A stretch of 64,000 nt of DNA from Narcine bancroftii (taxonomy: Eukaryota), in the NCBI RefSeq assembly GCF_036971445.1, contig NC_091471.1:100130001-100194000 (forward strand). The letters run 5' to 3'. A program made the translations under genes and the position numbers. Under the pieces are notes generated by a model. The model had not been told where the DNA came from, ran no database searches, and saw only the letters and a list, made by a program, of their open reading frames with translations. Shown piece by piece: positions 1 to 12,300 of the stretch. The stretch's first letter is position 1. Each line of letters begins with the position of its first letter.

Positions 1-204
1 GATGCAGACAGAAGACTGAGGGGAACAATAGGCTTTATTGAGCAAGAGACTGCTGGCCCGGGTCCAGGGTCGGAAAATGAGCCGGGAAGGAGAGGGGACT
101 CGACCTCTATGGCCAGGGGTCACATGGGTAGAATCAAGAGAGGAGCTAAGGCAGGGAGACCCCTGGAGAGCAAGCCAGCCAGTGGATACAGCCCTATCAC
201 CGCA
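1..204 (-). mobile_element. Gypsy LTR, cut by window edge, related to the LTR at 13198-13428
   Basis: Colinear similarity, e.g. GAAGACTGAGGGGAAC..TTTATTGAGCAAGAGACTGCTGGCCCGGGTC..TATCACC. Confidence 0.85.
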
Positions 205-544
205 ACCTCCAGAAGTGTATCCAAGTGTTGGCAGTCAATCACTTCCATCATTGATGTTGCCATAATGCACCCCACCATTAAATAATAGAGACTAGTAAAA
301 ACTAATATAACTGGAAAAATCCATAAATGAAAATATAAGCATTGATGTAGTAAGGAAAGCTACATATTGGATAGCATTGGTTTAATATTAAAATGATTAC
401 CTCAAGTGGAGAGAACTAATTTATGTTAACCAGGCCAAACAGGCTTGGCTAAATCTCATATTGTGATTTCTGTATTAGTTTTGAAACACATTCCAAATTA
501 ACTCCCATTATAAAATTTTCAGTTAAAGCATCAGCTGCATATAC

Positions 545-870
545 TGTTCACTGCATTATCACATTTACTACATACAGTAAACAGTAAAGAATGATAGCAT
601 TTGCTCATTTCTTTATCTGTGAGGGAACATAAATTTCTCACCAACCTGGTCAAATTGCCAACACTGCCAACTTTACACTCTTTGAATCTGCTTCTTTCTT
701 ACCAGTACATTGTACTGAACTATATTGGCTTAATTTTACATAGTATGAGCTTTGCAAATTTGGAGAAAAATATTTGTAAATACCAACTCATTGCTATGAT
801 ACTATCCAATCTGCTGCGAGATCATCACATTCTGATCTCATGTAAAAGGAAAACACAATACTGGTTTGAC
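545..870 (+). repeat. Diverged local duplicate, copy 1 (copy 2 at ~3565-3880)
   Basis: Shared ordered blocks TCTGTGAGG, ACATAAATTTCTCA, TGGTCAAATTGC, CTTCTTTCTT, TGTACTGA, TATTGGCTT, TTTTACATA, TGATACT.TCCAATCT. Confidence 0.75.
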
Positions 871-1373
871 AATACTAGAAATAATTCCAAGAATCTGTCA
901 GAAGGATAAAAAAAAAGAATAGCTCTTTCAAAACAACAGACATAGTCATGGTGAACATTGCCTCCTCCTCAATTGTAGGATGTTATCTACTGTTGGCTGA
1001 CTTTTGGTCGATTATTATTCAGAGGGATCGTTTCATCATTAACAGTGGAAACAACACAAAACATTATTGCCGTCACTGAATGTATAAATTCAGACTTGGA
1101 TTGTCATGTTTTCAAAGTTCTATGGTTGAACTATTGTTTTATTGTGATGTATCTTATTTATTTACAGTTGTTAGCCAGTTACCTGGCAACATTACTATTG
1201 ATGATAAGGATTCAGTGGCTCTCCTGAAATCATTTCAAGTCTGATTTTTCTTCTGATTTTGGATTTCTTTAAAGAGTATTTCTGATTATAGCTGAAAGAA
1301 ATATCAGTCATCAAGGTCCTACTTAATTTTTCACTGTGCATGAATCTTTCAGGAGGAAAGAAAAGAAGAAACC

Positions 1374-1379
1374 ATGCAG
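1374..1379 (+). CDS. PDCL2: PDCL2 coding exon 1 (Met-Gln)
   Basis: ACC-ATG-CAG|GTAACA: Kozak-like start followed by a GT donor. It supplies the MQ that precedes DPNEDTEWND in PDCL2/PDCL3 proteins and joins exon 2 in phase 0. Confidence 0.75.
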
Positions 1380-1579
1380 GTAACAAAATGTTTTAGATTT
1401 ACTAAAATCTAGTCAGAAGCATTGAAAAAGAACACTTTTCTTTGGTCTATCAACCTGGGCTTGAATTTCACTGAGGCTAGTATGCATTCTAAATTGAATG
1501 AATTTGGTTCCTCTGCCAGAGAGCAGGATGAGTGTAACATTGAATTGCTAAATAATTGAGAAATTTCAGATGTGTCATT

Positions 1580-2340
1580 ACCAAGATTGCACAGAGCCCA
1601 AACTCTGTAAGTTCTCAGATGACACTACTGTTGCTCTAACAGCAACAAGACTGAATACAGAAAGGATATAGGAAGTCTAGTGGGTTAGTGTCAAGACAAC
1701 AACTTCTTCCTCAATGTGAGCAAGACTAAGGAGCTAGTCATAAACTTCAGGAAGAGGAAAAGAGCTTGCTCTCCTGTCTGTGCTGCAGATAGTAAGCAGT
1801 TTTAAGTTCTTAGGATTAAATATCCCCAGTGTCCTATCCTGGACCAATCACATTGATCCAATAGCCAAGAAGATGAACCAAACCCTCTGCTTTCTCAGGC
1901 ATATCCTTGGCATCCCTCAACAACTATTACAGATGCACTATCGAGAGTATTCTGTTGAGATGTATCACTGCGTGGAACAGGAGCTGCTGCATCCAAAACT
2001 ATAAGGAATATCACACAAACTTATCTTCCCTCCATTGACTCCATCTACACCTCCGATGCCTGAGAAAAGCAGCCAATGGACCAATGGACTTATCCCTTCT
2101 GCCCGCACTCCCCTAGGTTTGAAGTCATGTGTCACCAGATTCAAAATGAGTTTATTTTCCATTTCTATCAGATTACTGAACAAACCTCACACTCACAACC
2201 TTACTCTATTCAAACTGATCTTTCACTATAACTATGCTCTATTTATTTATTCTGCTGTTCTTGTGTATGGATTAACTTGCTGAATAGCAAGCACAACCAT
2301 CCTTTTCACTGTTCCCTGGTACACAAAACAATAAATGTAA
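1580..2340 (+). mobile_element. Rex-Babar/L2-like LINE 3' fragment, decayed
   Basis: RT C-terminal motifs KFSDDTTV, NVSKTKELVINFR, SFKFLGLNI..LSWTNHI; AATAAA near the end. Confidence 0.75.
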
Positions 2341-3564
2341 ATTGACTGGAGTTGCTTTTGTGGAGCAGGAAGAGGTCATTTTAACCTCCATTTATAACAA
2401 AATGGGACGGGGTAGAGTGAGCTGTTACAGTTGCCTGCTGCTCCTACCAAAGGTGCCACCATCTTCTGAGCAGACAAAGTAGTATCCAGTAGGGATTTTG
2501 AAGTATGCAGATCAGCATCTAATGACAGGCTCCTGATTAAAACGTGTTGGGCTGTGATGTGGCTTTTCTAGTTCGTCCATCCAGCATGAAGAGGTTGAGA
2601 AGAAAAAAGGGCAAAAAAAAACCCTCCAGATGGCATAAATCTGCAAGACAAACAGTAATTTTCAGCATTTTCTGATTTGAAGTATGTTTTTATGTGAAGT
2701 AGTTGGGAACAAAAATAGATGTTTATTCTTTAACTACTTTCCTCATGAACTCATGAGTAAGAGATCTGGTCTCAAAAATTAACTACGAGATTCTAGCTTT
2801 CCTCTTACCTGGACAATGAGGTTTTCCACTATGCTTTCCAAATGATCTTTATAAGTACTGAGACTCAACCAACTGTGCACGCCGTTGGTCTCCTCCCGCC
2901 CAACATTAAGCTTCTGCCCCTCAACATGCTGCTGCTTCTAACAGGGACTGATCGATTCTCTGTCATTGGCATTTCATTTTACCTGTATTTTAAGAACCCT
3001 TCAAAGCAGAGTAGAAATAGTTCATTTTAATCTCAATCGTTGATGGTATTGGGAATGTGTATTGAACTTTGATCTGCACCTAACCTGAGAAAGGTCACTT
3101 GAGCCAATATTATTTGATGTTGAGTGTGCTTGGTATGAAAAAATGGAATATATTTTTAAAACACATCAACATTTCAAATACTTGATCAGAAGTAGTCATT
3201 GAAAAGCCATTCTCTGGATAAATTATATTTCAGCAAGCAGTAAAGAAAATGCATAAATATATATCTTCTTACTTAGAATATCTTTTTTTCTCAATGCTTA
3301 TGGATAACATTCAACATGTATACATATCTGCAATAATTTGTTAGTTCAGAAATGTTGGATAATTCTAAATTAAATATGAAGTTTGCATCCCTTTTCACAA
3401 TTAATCAAAATCCTCTTAGGACATGATCTAGGATCTCCTCGAGCCAGGAGTATTTGCCAATGTGCAAAGAAATGTTTTGAAATAGACCTGTGTATTCAAA
3501 AATTCTAAACAGAATCATTCAGGATCAGTTTATAGAAGATGTATAGTCAAAACTTAAAAATTAA

Positions 3565-3880
3565 CTCTGATCTGCATTAAAATTTACTAATTTCTTTATA
3601 CTGTATTTATTCTGTGAGGATACATAAATTTCTCAAAAACATGGTCAAATTGCTAACATGGCCAACTTAACTCACTTGTACTGATTGTGTAAGCTTCTTT
3701 CTTTAGCAATGTACTGTACTGATCTCTATTGGCTTTGTTTTACATAATTTGAGGCAAATGTTTATAACTGCCAATGCATTGTCAAAATAGTTATATTAAA
3801 TCTTTTGTTTCTTTGATTAAAGCTGATACTGTCCAATCTACTATGTGATCTCACAAAGAAAAGAAACCAACTTGTTTTGA
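3565..3880 (+). repeat. Diverged local duplicate, copy 2
   Basis: Same ordered blocks as 545-870. Confidence 0.75.
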
Positions 3881-4169
3881 AATGCCACTTATAAAATTGA
3901 AACAATCCCTAGGAAGTCAGAATGCAGTGAGAGAAAATTTCCCATGAAGAATTGGTAGATGATGACAATCATTTTGAGCTGTACAGGGTTGAATCAGTCT
4001 CTACATTAAAGCTGTAAGATAATAATTTCCAACGTGGGAATGATCTGTGGATTGGGGTGCTGGCTGAGTTCCTATCAGATTTAATGCTCTAGTTCTTCTC
4101 CCACCAGGCTGCCACATAAATTGTTAGAATAACAGGACATCAGGTATTGAGATATATTTGAGGATTGGT

Positions 4170-5521
4170 CTATTTATGAGGTAGTCCCACTTCGAGGATG
4201 AATTGCTTCAGCTTTTGGGGTCCTGAGGTGGCTCAAAGGGCCCATGTGGGGTCCATCAATTTTGTCATACAAGACGTCCTTGATGGGAGGGAAGCTGGGT
4301 AGTCTGGGTGGAGAAACACGATAATTGGAGTCTTCACGGAAGTGAGTTGGGTTGACGGTTCATTGGACATGCCGAGGGGCATGGTCTGGAAAGTCTCAGC
4401 ATGTCTGCCCTCAAGGTCCAGTAGTAGGGAATGTGCCCGCTGAGGTTTGTCCACTGAACCCATTGTGAAGGACCAAATGAAGGTGGTGTCACCGAAATGT
4501 ACAGGAATTCACCTCTTGCTAAAGGTTCTCATGGCGGTTTTGTTGGCAGCGCGCAGGCATGGGCCATGGTGCCTCATGTGCATAGTGGGTGTGACACTTA
4601 ACTTGGTCCCCGTGTCAACGAGGAACCTGCGGCCTGAGATCCTGTCCCAGACAATGGAGAAGGCTATTTGGTGGACGGGAATTTGGCTTTGTCCTTGGCG
4701 GCAGCCACGTAACGTGGTTGACAAAGTCTATGGCTTCATGCTTGGAACAGTAGAGAACATCCACTCGCGCCGCAGCCTTGTGCGGGTTGCTGAAATCCAC
4801 AACGGCCAACAGGAGTTTGATGTCTTTGGGCGTCTGCTTGAAGAGCACCTGCTCGAACATGAGGCATGGCTTGTGCCTTTCTACCAGTGTAAGCAGGGGT
4901 GTCCTGTCACCTAGGCCATCCAAGTGAAGGAGCCTGACGGCTATCTCATGTCATGAGAGGCCTTATGTGCTAATGAGGAGGTTTTTAAGAGCCACGTACT
5001 TACCATCCTCTGGCTGTGCCTGGATGAGGTCATCAACTCATGAGGCGGCTTCCTGTTCGAGCGAGCTAATGATGTAGAAGTATCTCGTTGAATCTGAGGT
5101 TATCTGTTTGATCTGGAACTGGGCCTCTGCTTTGCCAAACCAAGTGCAGGACCTGTTTGTCCAGAATGTTGGCAGCTTCAATGTGACGGCACCTATGGCT
5201 GCGGGTTCCATTATGTCGAGTCTTCAGGATGTGTAAACTCGTCAGGGTCACCACTGTAGCAGGTTGTGAGTGAGGGCAGCGAAAAGACTGAGGCAACACG
5301 CTGAGAACTCAAATATCACAACTGCTTTGATTTGAATTCCGCGCTGCAGTCTTTAAGCCCATCTCCAGTCTCGCCCCCTGGGTTCTGGCACTTGTGTCAC
5401 GATGACGCGAGAGTGAATGTGCCCTTCTTGTCTGGACCAGAAGAGGTTGTCCCATGACACCATTTTTGCTGCGGTTGCCCCGCTGACTGTGCGTGACAGA
5501 TGGGGTCAGTTCGCTGCTACA
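4170..5521 (-). mobile_element. Gypsy (CsRn1-like) 5' part: LTR, tRNA-Trp-like PBS, gag, protease
   Basis: LTR 5255-5521 with TGTAGCA..TGCTACA termini. PBS TGGTGACCCTGACG follows. Gag starts MEPAAIGAVTLKLPTFW..WFGKAEAQF; protease DRISGRRFLVDTG. Confidence 0.8.
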
Positions 5522-5814
5522 AAGATGTACGTTGCCATGAGCTAATGGTTTAGGAAGTAACATATTGGTGTGGATAGAAGATTAACTGACAAACAGGGAA
5601 GCGACAGAGCGCAGTGTGCCATAGGTTTAGTTCTAGGTAGGAGACAACACTTTACAATTTATATAAATGGTTTGGATCAATGCCACGAGGCTGTGCTTGC
5701 TAAGCTTCCTGATGAAATCAAAGTAGATGGGAAGTAAGTAGGAAGTGGACATATGGAGGCTGCAAAGAGATTTAGATAGGGGTAAGTGATTGGGAAAAGA
5801 TCTGTCACATGGAA

Positions 5815-5935
5815 TATAACCATATAACCATATAACCATTTACGGAGCGGAAACAGGCCATGTCGACCTTTCAAGTCTGCACCGGTTCACTAGAACAACT
5901 CCACTAGCTCAACCAAACTGCTTCCCTGCAGTTCT
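5815..5935 (-). mobile_element. Short CR1 3'-end insertion with (TATGGTTA)n tail
   Basis: Reverse complement of the CR1 3' end at 32090-32160. Confidence 0.7.
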
Positions 5936-6784
5936 TCGGGGTCCGTATCCTGCCTGGTCTGTTTATGATGCTCGACCTTAGCAAATGCCCTCTGGCCTAG
6001 TATAGAATGGGACTATGTGAAATCATCTATTTTGCCATGATAAATTTAAAAAAATGTTATTTAAATGGTGAATGACTCAAAGATCTTCAACACAGAAGTA
6101 TCAGGATGTCCTAATGTACAAGTTGTAAATGGCCAGTATGGAATAAAAATTCTTAGGAAAGCCAACAGAATGTCAGAATGTATTGCTCGGGAAAATGAAT
6201 TTACAAGTCAGGAGATGGTTCATCAGCTACAGTAAAATTCTGATAATCTGGCACACTTTGCCCTTTGGTAATGTTGGACTAAAAGATTTTCCAGATTATT
6301 GGATGTTACTCCAATTAATATCCAAACACACATTTATTTCAGTTTTTATTTATTGACTGCTCAGCAATATAGTAAAATTTAACTATGAACCCAGTGAATT
6401 TAAAGTGAATGGGAAATATAAACTTACTCTGTATCCTCTGCCAAATCACAAACTGACCCACATTCCTGACCGAAGTTGCTAAACCTGGTTCTGGCCACTC
6501 ATCAAGCTGTACTCCTGCTGCATAGTCTGAAGCCCTCTCTCAGTTGCCCTCCTGATCTCTGGCTGCACACTAGTATTCTATAGCTCAGAAAAGTCTAGTC
6601 ATACTCTGGAACAATGGGTGAGCCACATGGCAAACCATCAGGATTTTTGATCAATCAAATGCTTGATTATTGGAGATTTGCCATATTAATAAAAGTAGTA
6701 TCCAAAAATCTGGAAAATCTGCCAGCCACCAAAGTTTCAGAAGTGTTAGATTATTGGTGTCTAACTGAATTGGAGGCTGATGAT

Positions 6785-7018
6785 AGACGAGAAAGTCTGC
6801 AGATTCTGGAGTCTAGTGCAGCACATAAAAGTGCTAGAGAAACTGCAGGTCAAGCAGCATTCATAGGAAGTAAAAGACAATCAATGTATTGGGCCTGAGC
6901 CCTTCATAGAGAATGCCATTCCTGAGGAAGGGCTCAGGCCTGATCTGTTGATTGCCCTTTACTCCCTATGGATGGTGTGTGACCTGATGAATTTCTCCAG
7001 CACTTTTGTGTAGGCACA
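6785..7018. mobile_element. Penelope-type inverted terminal-repeat remnant (hairpin)
   Basis: Arms ~6815-6906 and ~6925-7018 are imperfect reverse complements (GGCCTGAGCCCTTC/GAAGGGCTCAGGCC; AAAAGTGCT/AGCACTTTT). Confidence 0.6.
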
Positions 7019-7619
7019 AGTGATATCATCTCCAAGTACTATGTTCAGTATCAGGCTCCTCCTTTCAGGATGATAAGAAGTTGAAAGCATTTCAGAGAAG
7101 ATTTACGAGACTGATACCTGGAATGAGAGGTAGTCTTCTGGGAAAAGTTTGAATAGATTTGGCTTGTTTCTACTGGAATTTGGAAATGAGAGAAGAGATG
7201 TGAGAGTAGAAAGGATATTTTCTTTGGTGGGAGAACATAGAACTAATTAAATAAATAATTGCATGTTTAAGTTAGAGAGGAGATTTTTTTTTCTCTCTAT
7301 CAGAGGACTGTGAGTCTTTGGAACATTATTCCTTGAAGGACAAAGGAAGTAATGTCCTTGCATATTGTAAGACAGGCATAGAAATTATTTTGTTAAGCAA
7401 GGGGTGAAACATTACTGCCGTTAGGCGGGTCTGTGGAGCATATTCAATGGCTGAACAGGCTTGAGAGGTTGAGTGGCCTACTTCTGCTCATAATTCACAT
7501 ATTTGTTCTTGGCATTTATAAATGTTCTTTCTATATTGTCTTTTTGCAAAGATATTAAAAAAAATTCCAAGAACTTGTTGCTAAATTGAAGTACAAATCA
7601 GGATTTTCCTTTCCTCGAG

Positions 7620-7740
7620 GATCCCAATGAAGATACTGAATGGAATGATGTATTGCGAAGTTTTGGCATTATTCCTCCAAAGGAGCAACCAAGGGATGAA
7701 GTTGAAGAAATGGTTTTACGTTTGCAAGAGGAAGCGAAAG
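7620..7740 (+). CDS. PDCL2: PDCL2 coding exon 2
   Basis: Encodes DPNEDTEWNDVLRSFGIIPPKEQPRDEVEEMVLRLQEEAK, matching the PDCL2 N-terminus (EEMVLRLQ is PDCL2-type). Pyrimidine tract plus AG acceptor and GT donor; 121 nt. Confidence 0.95.
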
Positions 7741-7951
7741 GTGATAATTTAATGATGCCTAACTGAGTATTTAAAGACACAACATTATTAGAATTGACAA
7801 GAACTATACTGTATACTGTAAATCTACTGCTAAAACAATGTAATTTATTTTCTTTAAACAAAATGCAGCATTAGTTACATCTCCAATAAAGCTATCAAGG
7901 AAAATGTATTTATGAAAAGTAAATGATAGTCTACTAAGAACATCATCATGG

Positions 7952-8295
7952 TGGTGAACTAAGTCCTTGGTTGTGATAGAATTCCATTCCCGAGAGATGT
8001 TTGTAACTCATCCTGCTTGTAAGCCAGAAATGAACAAAGCAGTGTATTGGAGAGGATGGGAGGAACAGCTGGAATGGGAGAGCGAGCAGGCCTCATCTAT
8101 AGTGGTGAGACCAAATGCTTTGCTGTTCGCCTGTACTCTGTCATCAAAGGCCAGGTGGATCTCCTGGTTGATAGCCATTTTAATTCCACTCACCATACTG
8201 CCACAGGCTGGTATGTCCTCAACCTCATCCATTGCCAAATGTAAACTTGTATCTGCATATCTTGTATTTCTTTAATAAAATACTTGTGTTCAACA
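7952..8295 (+). mobile_element. Possible solo LTR
   Basis: TGGTGAAC..GTTCAACA near-inverted termini and AATAAA just before the end. No TSD is visible. Confidence 0.35.
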
Positions 8296-9369
8296 GAATT
8301 AAATAAATAAAATATTAACTATTCCACTGAAGCACTTAAAAACACATGAGCAAAGAGAAAATTGATCTGCTTTTAATTGTTATGGAATAACCAAACTCAG
8401 AGGAAAACGTTATGAAAATATATCCATGAATGCAGAATTCAATTCGGTCATAATTATACAACCTGTCTGCATCACCTGTCAATGGAAATCTTCCTGGATA
8501 CTATGCCCTTAGTCTTTCCCAATTCAATTTCAATCAGAGCTTTTTGCACACTGATTTAAAGAGTCCTAAACCTAGACTGTCAACAAAATAATTAAAACCT
8601 TCTGTGAGCTGACCAGGACCGTTTTATATTAATATTTTCTCTATTTGTGATTCAAGTTCATCAGTAGTGAGCCATGGACAATCTGCAATGTACAGTATGT
8701 GATTAAGATCTTTAATTTCATAGCATTGTGAATGTTCAGAGCAATTGTTATAATAAGAATTACTTATTCATATCCAAATGGTTTTTTACATAACAGTGCA
8801 ATACTTCCATGGCTGGTATGTTTCTTCCACATTCTATTCTTCAGGAAGCTTTTCTGGATCTGAATGACTTCCCAAAATCTGCATCTCATTTCCATCTATT
8901 GAAAACCAGAGAGGAAGCATTTTTTAAGATAATTGTTAGTGAGTCTTCAGAATAATTGATTATTGTTCATTATATCATAGGATTTTAACGAACTAAAATT
9001 TCAGTCTTTTTTTAAAAATGCATGAATGAATATAGTATGCTTCAAATCACAATGTTTTAAAGGGACTGTTGTTATATAGTCAATATAATGTGAACTATTT
9101 TGTAACTGCATAAGAATACACCCTCCTCCCAGTAGTAACTCTAGTGCACCACTGTGGGGTGCATGTATATGTATAGAGTTTGTGTGAACAGTTTCCTGAG
9201 ATGGTGGAAGACATCAGTAAGTGAAGTATTTTTTGTTATTTGAATCTAAGGTATTTAAGAAGCCTTCCAAGTAACACAGAGACATAACATTATGGCAGTG
9301 GTATAAGAGAACCACTGCCATAATGCAGAGCAGGCGGCTCGGACTCCAGAGCTGTGCTTGGATGTGGCA

Positions 9370-12300
9370 CCATTGAGTCTGTGGCATGGTCGGCAGCCGG
9401 CAAGGCAGTCATGGGGTCTCCGGCCCTTGCTAGGTCTCATATTGGCACAGTGTCCTCGTGACCGACTAGGTACCTCACAAATGCGTACTGGGGGTTGGCA
9501 TATATGAGGTGTACCACTTCAACCAGTGGATCCATCTTATGGCCTCTGACGTGCCTCCAAAGAAGAACCGGCCCTGGGGATATCAGCCAGGGAGTGATGG
9601 AAGAAACATTTGCCGACCTCCTAGGGAAAGCAAAGAGGCATTCATGCAGGGTTGTGTCAGTAGCAGTGCAGAGTAACGACTGGATGGCAAGGAGGGCTTC
9701 AGGCAGAATGACCTGCCAGCGGTACACTGGTAAATGTTTGGACCTAAGGGCCAGAAACACCGCCTTCCAGAAGGTGCCATTCTCCCTTTCCACCTGGCCA
9801 TTACCTCTAGGGTTATAGCTGGTGGTCCTGCTGATGGCTATGCCTCTGGTCAGGAAGTACTGATGCAGCTCCTCACTTATGAACGAGGTGCCTCGGTCAC
9901 TATGAATATAGTCGGCGTACACGAACAAAGTGAAGATCCAGCTCAGGGCCTTGATGACTGTGGCTGAGGTCATATCCGGGCAGAGAATTGCAAAGGAGAA
10001 CCTGGAAAATTCATCCACCACCATCAGGAAGTAGGCGTTCCTATTTGTGGTCAGGAGAGGGCCCTTGAAATCAACACTAAGTCATTCGAAAGGGCGGGTG
10101 GCCTTTTCTGGCAGGTAGAACTGAGGCTTACACTCGGCGCAGATTTGGAAGCATCTGGTTGTGGACCAGACATCCTCGACGGAGTAGGGGAGGTTCCTTG
10201 ACCTGATAAAGTGATAGAAACTCGTGACTCTGGGGTGGCACAGACTGTTGTGCAGGATCTGGAGATGGTCAAGATGCGCTCCAGCGCACGTCCCTCGGGA
10301 TAGGGCATCTGGATTGAGCTTACCCTGTCAATACAATATGTCATAATTGTAGGTGGATAACTCAATCCTCCACCTCAGAATCTTGTCATTTTTGATGTTA
10401 CCCCGTTGTTTGGCACTGAACATGAAGGACACTGTCCTCTGATCAGTCAACAAGGTAAATCTTTTACCAGCTAGATAGTGTTGCCAGTGGCGCACCGCCT
10501 CAACGATCGCTTGCGCCTCCTTCTCGATGGAGGAGAGCCAGAGTTCAGGACTGTGAAGGGTGCAGGAAAAAAAATGCTACCGGCCTGCCTGCCTGGTTTA
10601 ATGTAGCGGCCAGTGCGAAGTTTGGGGCTTCGCTTTCTACCTGGAAGGGAACGGACTCATCCACGGCATGCATCGTGGCCTTAGCGATGTCTCCTCAAAT
10701 CTGATTGAAAGCAGCTTGGGTCCCTGGCGATAGTGGAAAAATGGTTCCCTGAATTAGGGGTAGGACCTGATCGGCGTAGTTGGGCACCAACTGTGCATAG
10801 TATGAGAACAGCCCTAGGCATCTTTTCAGCATTTTCAGGGTGTACTGGACAGTGTCCCAGAAGTGGTCACATGTGGTCAGGGTCGGGAGCAATGACACCA
10901 TGTGCCTCGATGCATCCAAGAAGGGCCAGTGTTGAACACACACTTGTCCTTGTTGTACATCAAGTTAAATAACTTGGCCGTATGCAAGAACTTTGCAAGG
11001 TTTGCATCGTGGCCCTGCTGATTATGGCCACAGATGGAGACATTGTCGAGGTAGTGGAATGTTGCCATCAACCCGTGTTCCTCCACCATCCGGTCCATCA
11101 CTCTCTGGAAGGCAGAAACACTGTTAGTAACACCAAAGGGCACCCTCAAGAAGTGGAAGAGTTTCATGTCAGCTTCGAATCAGGCATAGATTCGATCACT
11201 AGGATGGAGGGGGAGTTAGTGGTGAGCCGACTTGAGGTCAACAGACAAAGAAATCCTGTATTTGGTGACCTTATTGACCAAGTCGGCTAGATGGGGGAGC
11301 AGGTACGCATCCAGCTGGGTGAAGCGGTTGATGGTTTGACTATAGTCAATTACCATCCAGGGCTTGCCCACCCCTCTGTCCATGAGGACCTGTGCTCTCC
11401 AGGGATTGGTGCTCAGGGCTATGATCTCCTCCGCCAGGAGTCGCTGAACCTCAGCCCTGATAAATTGCATATCCTCCGAGCTATAGTGCCGAATTTTGGT
11501 GGCGATGGGTTTGCAATCTGGGGTGAGGTTCACGAACAGCAACAGAGGGGGCACCCTCAAGGTGGTGAGGCCACAGGGTGGTGAGGCCACAGGTTGTAGC
11601 TGGGGACCGAGTGCCAGGCTCACTGGACATCGCTGAGGATTGAGTGCCAATGCCGGTGGACGGTGACGGAGATTGGGAACTGGGGCCACAGGATGGTAAC
11701 GGGGGCCGACTATCCAGTTGGGGATGATCACCCAAATGCTGAGGGCTGTGAATGGTCAATGGTGGTTGGGGGCTTCCAAACGCCATCGTCATGCTCCTAA
11801 ACTGACTCTGAAAGTCAAGGCCTAGGAGGATCGACGCGCAGAGGTAGGGCATGATTAATAACACAAAGTCATTATAACATTAACCCCCCCACCATCAGCG
11901 ATACTACACAATACCCCCAGATACTCATCTGTTGGTCCCTAGCCGCCATTAAAACCATCCTGGTCGTGGGTCAGACCAGGAGTGAGAATCTCTGGATCAC
12001 ATCGGGGTGTACGAAGCTTTCCGTACTGCCGCTATCAAAAAGACAGTTAATTTTATGTTCATTTACCTCAATCTGCATCATTGAGTTTGAGATCGGGTGA
12101 GGACCGGCTTGATTCAGTGTCACTGAAGCGAGGAGTGGCATTCCTTCATCATCGTTGTCGGTGGGGAGGCCTGCCCAAGATGGTGACCTCCATGTTGACC
12201 ATGTAGCATCGGATGAAGAAAAAGTCAGAAGTGGAGTCAAGGCCATCAGAAGTGATGTCACTGGCGCGGTAGGCAGAGGGGCTGAGGTTGGGAGTGGTGG

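Larger units (their letters stand above)
5530..7490 (+). mobile_element. Decayed CR1-like LINE 3' half, interrupted by younger inserts
   Basis: CR1 RT remnants (LQRDLDR; RRFTRLIPGM near 7095-7125) and a CR1-type 3' UTR near 7440-7490. Confidence 0.6.

Noticed and set aside
6229-6775. Possible Tigger-like MITE starting TACAGTAAAATTC
   Set aside because: No convincing right TIR or TSD was found.
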